Shown: positions 20,897 to 27,452 of the stretch, one piece after another
How positions within the stretch are numbered: the first letter of the stretch is position 1
Layout: each line of letters starts with the position of its first letter
The notes under the pieces: generated by a model
The model's input: only the letters and a program-made list of their open reading frames with translations
Database searches by the model: none
What the model was told of the DNA's origin: nothing
Program-made: the position numbers and the translations under genes
Source: a virus
Taxonomy: Duplodnaviria > Caudoviricetes
Strand: one strand, 5' to 3'
Length of the DNA: 53,602 nucleotides
IMG/VR virus record: IMGVR_UViG_3300021964_000094
Coordinates: 1 to 53,602 of that record

Positions 20897-21910
20897 ATGG
20901 CGCTATTTAAAAAAGCGGCCTGCTTCACTGATATCCACTTTGGGATGAAGTCCGGTAGTAGACTTCATAACAAGGACTGCGAAGATTTTGTAGAGTGGTT
21001 TATTGAAGAGGCCAAAAAAGAAAATTGTGATGTTTGTATATTTTTAGGTGATTGGCACCATAATCGTGCTACCACTGACGTAAGCACTATGAATTACAGT
21101 GTGAGTAACCTAGAAAAATTAAACAACGCATTTGATAAAACATATCTAATGCTAGGCAATCATGACGAATTTTATAAAGACAAAAGAGAAATACACAGTT
21201 TAGAATTTGCTAGACTATTTCCTAATATTGTCCCAGTTAATCATCCAATTACAGAAGGCGATGTTACGCTTCTTCCTTGGCTAGTAGGCGACGAATGGAA
21301 AAAAGTAAAAGATATTAAATCAAGATATATCTTTGGACACTTTGAACTTCCATTGTTCTACATGAATGCTATGGTTCAGATGCCTGATCACGGACAACTT
21401 CAAGCAGACGATTTTATTAATCAAGAATATGTATTCTCAGGGCATTTTCACAAACGTCAAACTAAAGGGAATATTACATATATGGGTAACGCATTTCCTC
21501 ACAACTACGCAGATGCGTGGGATGACGAACGCGGAATGATGATTTTAGAATGGGGCGGAACACCTGAGTATCGCAGTTGGCCTGATCAACCTGTTTATCG
21601 AACCTTTAAATTATCAAAGCTATTAGAAAATCCGGATCAACTACTAACTGGACGCATGCACTGTCGTGTTACTATTGATGTTCCTATTAGTTTTGAGGAA
21701 GCAAACTTTATTAAAGAAACATTTATGCCGCAGTATAACTTGCGTGAACTAATGCTGATACCTGAAAAAGTAGAACTTGAAGGCCAGGATGTTAAGCCCA
21801 TCGACTTAAAATTTGAAAGCGTTGATACTATTGTTGTAAATCAAATTACAAACATTGACTCAGAACAATACGATCAAAAACTACTATTGGAGATCTATAA
21901 TAACCTATGA
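20897..21910 (+). CDS. gp47: Recombination endonuclease subunit (Mre11/SbcD-like)
   Basis: Metallophosphoesterase motifs DIHFG, GDWHH, GNHD, GHFE, SGHFH. Confidence 0.95.
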   Translation: MALFKKAACFTDIHFGMKSGSRLHNKDCEDFVEWFIEEAKKENCDVCIFLGDWHHNRATTDVSTMNYSVSNLEKLNNAFDKTYLMLGNHDEFYKDKREIHSLEFARLFPNIVPVNHPITEGDVTLLPWLVGDEWKKVKDIKSRYIFGHFELPLFYMNAMVQMPDHGQLQADDFINQEYVFSGHFHKRQTKGNITYMGNAFPHNYADAWDDERGMMILEWGGTPEYRSWPDQPVYRTFKLSKLLENPDQLLTGRMHCRVTIDVPISFEEANFIKETFMPQYNLRELMLIPEKVELEGQDVKPIDLKFESVDTIVVNQITNIDSEQYDQKLLLEIYNNL

Positions 21911-23685
21911 TCAAAATTAAAAATCTCACAGTTCGTAACTTTATGAGTGTTGGTAATCAAACTCAAGCTATTGATTTTGATAAAGGAATGCTTACACTTG
22001 TGTTAGGCGAAAACTTAGATCTCGGCGGAGATGATAGCGGTGCTAGAAACGGTACCGGTAAAACAACTATCATTAACAGTTTAAGTTATGCTATCTACGG
22101 TATTGCTCTTACAAACATTAAAAGAGACAACCTTATTAACAAAATTAACAGCAAAGGCATGCTTGTAACTGTTAGTTTTGAAAAGAATGGCGTAAAATAT
22201 CATATTGAACGAGGACGTAAACCTAATATTCTAAAACTAAATGTTGATGGTGAAGAATATTCAGCTGATGATGCTGACGAATCTCAAGGTGACAGCAGAC
22301 AAACACAAAAAGAAATTGAAAAACTATTTGGCATGAGCCACGATATGTTTAAACATCTTATTGCTCTTAATACCTATACAGAGCCGTTCCTTTCTCTTAA
22401 AGCGAATGATCAACGTGCTATCATCGAACAATTACTAGGCATTACTATTTTGTCAGAAAAAGCCGATGCTTTAAAAGAACAGGTTAGAATTAGCAAAGAT
22501 TTAATACAACAAGAAAATACAAAGATTGAAACTATTAAAGTAAGCAATCAAAAAATTGAAGAATCTATTCAGAGTCTAGAACGCAAACAAAAAATGTGGC
22601 AAGATAATCATAGTAGCTCTGTTTCTGACTTGGATCAAAGTATTACACTGCTAGAAAAAATTGACATTGAAGCAGAAATCGACTCACACAAGTGTTTAGA
22701 AAATTATAACGAAAAGAAAAAACGTCTAGAAGAAGCACAACGGTGGATTGCTAATATTGATGCTGACAATATTAAACAAGAAAAAACTATTGCTAAACTG
22801 GAAAACGAAATCAGTTTGTTAAAAGAACACAAGTGTCATACTTGTGGACAAGATTTACATGATAAACAACAACAAGAAATTTTAAACAGCAAAGAAGATC
22901 AAAAGAAAGAAGCCGCACTACAAATTATTTCTAATAACAGTCAGTGGGAAGAACATACTAATGTAGTTAATGAAGTTGGAGAACTTGAAGTTTGTCCTCC
23001 AACACAATATGATTCACTTGAAGAAGCTGTTAATCATAGAAGCACACTTGCGAGTTTACATAAAGAATTAGAAAACAAAAAAGCAGAAATTAATCCGTAC
23101 AAAGAACAAATTATTGAACTAAAAGAAACTGCTTTACAAGAAATTAACTGGGATGCTGTAAACGATCTTACTAAAGTAAAAGAACATCAAGAATTCTTAT
23201 ACAAATTACTTACAAACAAAGACAGTTTTGTAAGAAAACGTATTATTGACCAGAACCTAAGTTACTTAAACATGCGCTTAACATACTATCTGAGCAGGAT
23301 TGGTTTACCGCACACCGTAGAATTTCAGAACGATTTAAGCGTCGTTATTACACAACTTGGGCAGGACTTAGACTTCGACAATCTCAGTAGAGGTGAACGA
23401 AATAGACTCATTTTATCAATGAGTTGGGCGTTCCGTGACGTTTGGGAAAGCCTGTATCACAGCATTAATTTACTGTTTATTGACGAATTAGTAGACAGCG
23501 GCATGGATTCTAGTGGAGTAGAATCTAGTATTGCTGTATTAAAGAAAATGACTAGAGAACGTGATAAAAACGTATTCTTAATTTCGCACAGAGACGATTT
23601 AGCAACTCGTGTTAATCAAGTTCTTAAAGTTATTAAAGAGAACGGGTTTACATCATACTCCAACGATGTAGAATTGGTGGAATGA
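21907..23685 (+). CDS. gp46: Recombination ATPase subunit (Rad50/SbcC-like)
   Basis: Walker A NGTGKT, coiled coil with zinc hook CHTC, signature LSRGE, Walker B LLFIDE, ISH; ATGA overlap with gp47. Confidence 0.95.
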   Translation: MIKIKNLTVRNFMSVGNQTQAIDFDKGMLTLVLGENLDLGGDDSGARNGTGKTTIINSLSYAIYGIALTNIKRDNLINKINSKGMLVTVSFEKNGVKYHIERGRKPNILKLNVDGEEYSADDADESQGDSRQTQKEIEKLFGMSHDMFKHLIALNTYTEPFLSLKANDQRAIIEQLLGITILSEKADALKEQVRISKDLIQQENTKIETIKVSNQKIEESIQSLERKQKMWQDNHSSSVSDLDQSITLLEKIDIEAEIDSHKCLENYNEKKKRLEEAQRWIANIDADNIKQEKTIAKLENEISLLKEHKCHTCGQDLHDKQQQEILNSKEDQKKEAALQIISNNSQWEEHTNVVNEVGELEVCPPTQYDSLEEAVNHRSTLASLHKELENKKAEINPYKEQIIELKETALQEINWDAVNDLTKVKEHQEFLYKLLTNKDSFVRKRIIDQNLSYLNMRLTYYLSRIGLPHTVEFQNDLSVVITQLGQDLDFDNLSRGERNRLILSMSWAFRDVWESLYHSINLLFIDELVDSGMDSSGVESSIAVLKKMTRERDKNVFLISHRDDLATRVNQVLKVIKENGFTSYSNDVELVE

Positions 23686-23948
23686 GTACAGAAAGCCATG
23701 ACAAACTTATAAAAGCATTTCAAGAATACTTTAAATGGGCCGATAAGTTTGAGTATAGTGGTTCAGATGCCGCCGGCATTAAAGCACGATATTGGCTTTC
23801 AGAAATACGTAACTTCTCTAGTTTAAGACGAAACGAAATACAAGATAAAAGGCAACAACGAAAGGCAACCAGAAAAGGCGTCATAGGTAGACCCAAGAAA
23901 GTAAGTAATGCTGATGAAGACGAATCCAGCATGGACTTACCAAAATAA
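23682..23948 (+). CDS. Small basic helical protein, histone H1-like Hc1 family-like
   Basis: KF..SGSDAAGIKAR..LSEI......RRNEIQ resembles the GNKAAGTRARK pattern of Hc1-like proteins; basic C-terminal tail; ATGA-coupled to gp46. Confidence 0.5.
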   Translation: MSTESHDKLIKAFQEYFKWADKFEYSGSDAAGIKARYWLSEIRNFSSLRRNEIQDKRQQRKATRKGVIGRPKKVSNADEDESSMDLPK

Positions 23949-24375
23949 ACCTATTGAATGTATTCCTGATGAATACGAAGGGTTTGTCTACCTCATCACA
24001 AACACACATACTGGGCAAAAATACGTAGGCAAAAAACTAGCCAAATTCAAAACTACCAAACCGCCACTCAAAGGCAAAAAAAATAAACGCAGAGGCACTA
24101 AAGAAAGCGATTGGAGAGACTATTGGGGCTCATCAGATCGTTTAAACGCAGATGTCCAAGCACTAGGCCCAGAAAACTTCACAAGAGAAATACTATACCT
24201 ATGTAAAGGTAGGGGCGAAATGTCCTACATAGAGGCAAGAGAACAATTTGACCGCCGTGTATTAGAGAGAGATGATTATTACAACGGTATTATTAATGTT
24301 AGAGTTGGCGGTTCAGACAAGTTACGACAGGCATTGCTAGAACATAGCATCAAGGCAAAGCAATCCAACACATAA
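23908..24375 (+). CDS. Stand-alone GIY-YIG endonuclease (Seg-like catalytic domain only)
   Basis: GFVYLITN...KYVG, DYWGSS, REIL, E.REQF and YYN motifs; 155 aa with no evident C-terminal DNA-binding repeats. Start may be ATG 23914, 6 nt after TAAGTA (23902-23907). Confidence 0.85.
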   Translation: MLMKTNPAWTYQNKPIECIPDEYEGFVYLITNTHTGQKYVGKKLAKFKTTKPPLKGKKNKRRGTKESDWRDYWGSSDRLNADVQALGPENFTREILYLCKGRGEMSYIEAREQFDRRVLERDDYYNGIINVRVGGSDKLRQALLEHSIKAKQSNT

Positions 24376-24780
24376 GGTTAGCGGGCCAGTTTAGAAATAC
24401 CGCTGTGAAAAAAGTCTCCGTATAGGAACACACGTACACGTTGATCGACACACCAGAGTGTGGAAGCCATCAAAAGAATTGGGCTCACTGGTTGACGTAG
24501 ATAGAATGTTGGCTGTCGAAAAACTGTATATTACACATAAAAACTCCTTAGCACTAGGAACGAGGCGGGAGGTAATGTATTATAAAGAAGGCATAAAAGC
24601 GTTTTATGCGCTCTATATAGTACATAATGTCGACGTAGGTTGGGAAAGGTCAGAGCCCATTGTGTAGCAGTATAATAAACACCTACTTCCAAGTCTCGGC
24701 TGTGACGGACTCACATAAAGTCAAGATTAGATGGAACCCTTAAACAGGTTCCGTCTGACTGAAACAATCTACATAAAGCT
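24376..24780 (+). ncRNA. Candidate large structured non-coding RNA of unknown class
   Basis: Intergenic and richer in G/C than its flanks. About a dozen complementary segments, several with G-U pairs on the plus strand: 24379-84/24400-05, 24449-53/24458-62, 24575-98/24602-25, 24727-38/24747-58. Long-range pairs: 24385-90/24487-92, 24480-86/24653-59, 24523-37/24661-71, 24635-40/24681-86. Confidence 0.65.
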
Positions 24781-24782
24781 AA

Positions 24783-24875
24783 AATTGCTTCGCAATTATT
24801 ATATTGTATAAATATCTATAATAAAAAAATGTGTTTGAGCGATAGCGATAAACACAAGTGAGCTTTAGCTCACTT
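24783..24875. other. Cluster of three short inverted repeats around an AT-rich tract
   Basis: AATTGC-TTC-GCAATT (24783-97); TGTGTTT..GAGCGATAGCGA..AAACACA (24830-56); AAGTGAGC-TTTA-GCTCACTT (24856-75). Confidence 0.6.
24807..24814 (+). promoter_or_regulatory. T4-type late promoter
   Basis: Exact TATAAATA upstream of the 435-aa ORF; gp55 is encoded in the window. Confidence 0.65.
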
Positions 24876-24896
24876 ATTAATATATGAGATTGTTAA

Positions 24897-26204
24897 ATGA
24901 AACTGAATCAATTAGAAAATATCGAACATCTAGATGAAGCACCACAAGGCATATTCAAAAGAATGGGCTTAAAAACAAAATCAGCTTTTGGAAGTGATGT
25001 TGCTAAAGGACAACTTCAATCAGGTGATGCAGCAAATAAACTAAAAAAAGAATATATGCTGTTTGTGGGGCGTATGGCAGGGAAAGTTGGTACAACAAAG
25101 CCAACAACAGATACACTTCTTGCGTTCCTAAAAAGCAAAGGTGCTGATACTAAAGCAGTTGCTGGCATGATTGACAAAGAGCTACAGGCTCTTGCGCCAC
25201 AACAGCAAGAACCAGTTTCAAATGAGCCTTCAGCTGAACCTGAAAAGACAGAGCCGGAAGTGGGTTCCGATACTGAGCTAGACAAACTTAAATCACAAAA
25301 TTCAACAGATCAAAATAACCCTCTCAAGCCGGGCAACAATACAACAAATATGAAACAAACAGATTTGGGTTTGGACAATCCGAATGATCCTCAAGGCGAT
25401 CTGTTTAAAAGTAATCCAATTCCGAGCATGTCTACTAACAATACTACTGTTACTACAAAAAGAAAAAAGACAGGTGGTAAAATAGCCGGAAAAACTTCTA
25501 TGACCAAAAATGCTATTAGAAAACGTAATAGTAGAAAGAAACCTGGAGATCAACTAGAATTACTATCAATGTACAGTGAACAATCGCAACGCTACAGAAA
25601 AAACTTTGAACGCATTGATTGGACACTAAAAGAAGATCAAGCATACTTTGACGCACTTGAATTTATGGGTGTTATGGAAGCTGAAATTCCAACAAAAGTA
25701 TTAGACAAAGTATTAAACAGTGTAGCAGTAGATTTAACAGAACCGGCTGCCGCAGATGTTAACGCACCACAAGATGATCAACAGTCAGGACAAGATGATC
25801 AACAGTCAGGTGCTGACAATGCTGGCACACAAAAGAAGGGTGGCGGCCTTTTAAAAGGCATAGGCAAAGCAGTTGGCGGCGTTTTTGACAAAGCCAAAGA
25901 TGGTGTACAGTCAGGCCTAGGTGATAATCCTGAAGATAAACAAGCCTCAAAGATTTTTGATCCAGATGACGAAAAAGGCACCGGACAGATGCGAGGTACA
26001 TTAAATTACCAGAACATCAGTAAAGAATTTCCGGGAATCGATCCTACAATGTTAAGAAGAAGTATGTCTAAAAGTTTACAAGGACAACCACTTACTAAAT
26101 CTGAACATGAAACTATGTCTTTAGCAATGACAGAACTAGTAAAGAAAAATCCTCAAGATACAGTTAAAGTTATGAACTTGTTTAAGCAAGCAAGGCAAGA
26201 TTAA
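24897..26204 (+). CDS. Hypothetical protein, probable internal head/virion protein
   Basis: 435 aa, low-complexity. N-terminus MKLNQLE...LDE-A resembles a propeptide cleaved after Glu by gp21-type proteases (inference). Late promoter upstream. Confidence 0.55.
   Translation: MKLNQLENIEHLDEAPQGIFKRMGLKTKSAFGSDVAKGQLQSGDAANKLKKEYMLFVGRMAGKVGTTKPTTDTLLAFLKSKGADTKAVAGMIDKELQALAPQQQEPVSNEPSAEPEKTEPEVGSDTELDKLKSQNSTDQNNPLKPGNNTTNMKQTDLGLDNPNDPQGDLFKSNPIPSMSTNNTTVTTKRKKTGGKIAGKTSMTKNAIRKRNSRKKPGDQLELLSMYSEQSQRYRKNFERIDWTLKEDQAYFDALEFMGVMEAEIPTKVLDKVLNSVAVDLTEPAAADVNAPQDDQQSGQDDQQSGADNAGTQKKGGGLLKGIGKAVGGVFDKAKDGVQSGLGDNPEDKQASKIFDPDDEKGTGQMRGTLNYQNISKEFPGIDPTMLRRSMSKSLQGQPLTKSEHETMSLAMTELVKKNPQDTVKVMNLFKQARQD
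25769..25810 (+). repeat. Perfect 21-bp tandem duplication (QDDQQSG x2)
   Basis: ACAAGATGATCAACAGTCAGG repeated twice, in frame. Confidence 0.9.
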
Positions 26205-26377
26205 AAGAAAGGAAGACCACTTTCTTTTGTGGTCTCCATATTTGATTTTACAATTTCTACTATAATTTCACGTTCTTCAGAACTTAAATTCATAGCTTCA
26301 GTAAACGAAAGACCCCCACGCATATACCATACGGATCGCATGGCTTCTGATTTGATTAGTTTTGCCTGGTCGTCCAT
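26201..26377 (-). CDS. Small gp51-like ORF (58 aa from ATG), not in ORF track; probably also the C-terminus of a gp26 -1 frameshift product
   Basis: MDDQAKLIKSEAMRSVWYMRGGLSFTEAMNLSSEEREIIVEIVKSNMETTKESGLPFF*. The frame stays open upstream to the slippery site at 26431-26437. Its stop overlaps the convergent stop of the 435-aa gene (TTAA). Confidence 0.75.
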   Translation of the reverse strand: MDDQAKLIKSEAMRSVWYMRGGLSFTEAMNLSSEEREIIVEIVKSNMETTKESGLPFF

Positions 26378-26409
26378 GGCTTTCGTCTCGGCAAGAATGT
26401 CGTTAATTT

Positions 26410-27375
26410 TTAACTGCGAAAGCCTTGTCCGAAAAAATCCGCTTGATCCAATGTTAAGCTAACATCCCATTCGTGCTTACACTCTTCATTATCACACACA
26501 GCATTAAAGCTAGCCATCTTACCACTTTTTTGTGATTTGTTTACAGCATCGTTGATAGTAGTAAACACTGCTTTGTCGGCTTTCTGTAAGAACTCTTTAA
26601 TAAATTCTGGATTATCAGTAGTACCTGCTGCACTTTCAACTTTGGTAACACATTTTACTGCTGTATCAAGTGTTAGATCAGTTAGTTTAATAAAACTTTC
26701 ATTAAACAAGCGTAATTTTTCATCTTCACCTAAAGACTCGTCATTGATGATTGAAAAAATTCTTTGATGCTCGAAAGTTTTAAGTGCTGTACTAGTAATT
26801 TCCTTATAAGTCATTGGACGTAAATGAACAACCATGTCGTTATTAATTTCTACAGAAGTAGCAAAATCAATTCCTAATAAGTTATCAAGTACGTTTCTTA
26901 AGTCCACAGACTTATCGTTTACAGTTTCGCATTTTGGACAAGTAGCACTGACATCCATTTCAACTCCGTATGTTGCCATTCTAATTGCTGTTAGAACTGC
27001 GTCAACATCCATACTTGGCATTTCCCAAGCATTTTTAATTGATGGAATACAACTTTGAATTACTTCAACAATAGCAGAACCGTTCATTAACGCATCTGGT
27101 GTTTTAAAAAGCAATTCGTCTCTTGCGGTCATTGCGTATACTGGGTGCTCGCCAGTAGTTGGTGTTTCTAAACTTCCCATGGGCCAGAATTTACCCTCAC
27201 TTGGAAATTTAACGTGAATCTTTGGCTGTCTAAAGTATTGTGCCAAAGGGTTTCCTGAAGCAGGCGCAACATTAACAGGTGCTTCTGGCACGGGTACTTT
27301 ACCTGCTTGTTTTGCCTGTTCTGCTTGTGCTTGTACAAAAGCAGTAGGATCAAATTGATTGTTATTTTCAGCCAT
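26410..27375 (-). CDS. gp26: Baseplate hub assembly protein gp26-like (candidate tail assembly chaperone)
   Basis: NPLAQYFRQPKI...PSEG...MTARDELL...D.DAVL.AIR.ATYG, CPKC and C-x4-C zinc motifs, ends DFF; divergent from the tape-measure-like genes. Confidence 0.8.
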   Translation of the reverse strand: MAENNNQFDPTAFVQAQAEQAKQAGKVPVPEAPVNVAPASGNPLAQYFRQPKIHVKFPSEGKFWPMGSLETPTTGEHPVYAMTARDELLFKTPDALMNGSAIVEVIQSCIPSIKNAWEMPSMDVDAVLTAIRMATYGVEMDVSATCPKCETVNDKSVDLRNVLDNLLGIDFATSVEINNDMVVHLRPMTYKEITSTALKTFEHQRIFSIINDESLGEDEKLRLFNESFIKLTDLTLDTAVKCVTKVESAAGTTDNPEFIKEFLQKADKAVFTTINDAVNKSQKSGKMASFNAVCDNEECKHEWDVSLTLDQADFFGQGFRS

Positions 27376-27385
27376 TTTTTATTCC

Positions 27386-27415
27386 TATAAATAGTATTGT
27401 ATAGCGATATTTATA
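27386..27415. promoter_or_regulatory. Face-to-face pair of T4-type late promoters
   Basis: TATAAATA on plus at 27386-27393 (towards 27453) and TATAAATA on minus at 27408-27415 (towards gp26). Confidence 0.75.
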
Positions 27416-27452
27416 TGCGCAGAAAACTGGTAGTTTTATTCTTGGATACAAA

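Noticed and set aside
24386-24534. Hairpin-ribozyme-like words (GTATATTAC 24526-34, AACACACG, CCAG/CTGG)
   Set aside because: The pieces are not arranged to form loop B: GUAUAUUAC is not followed by the H3 strand and has no AGAAACA opposite it. Probably coincidence.
24473-24659. Group I intron R/S-like segments (TCAGAGCCCA and AAGAATTGGGCT) with an intron-encoded GIY-YIG
   Set aside because: S-like precedes R-like (wrong order), the helix lacks the bulged G-binding geometry, and no interrupted host gene is evident on either side. A permuted derivative cannot be fully excluded without a covariance search.
24458-24667. 69-aa ORF inside the non-coding element
   Set aside because: GTG start without SD and no recognisable motif; it coincides with the most densely paired region, which is better explained as RNA structure.
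24400-24780. RNase P RNA, tmRNA or group II intron identity for the element
   Set aside because: Only a loose GAAAAAAGTC resemblance to RNase P CR-I with no matching CR-V; no tRNA-like ends or CCA; no domain V consensus.
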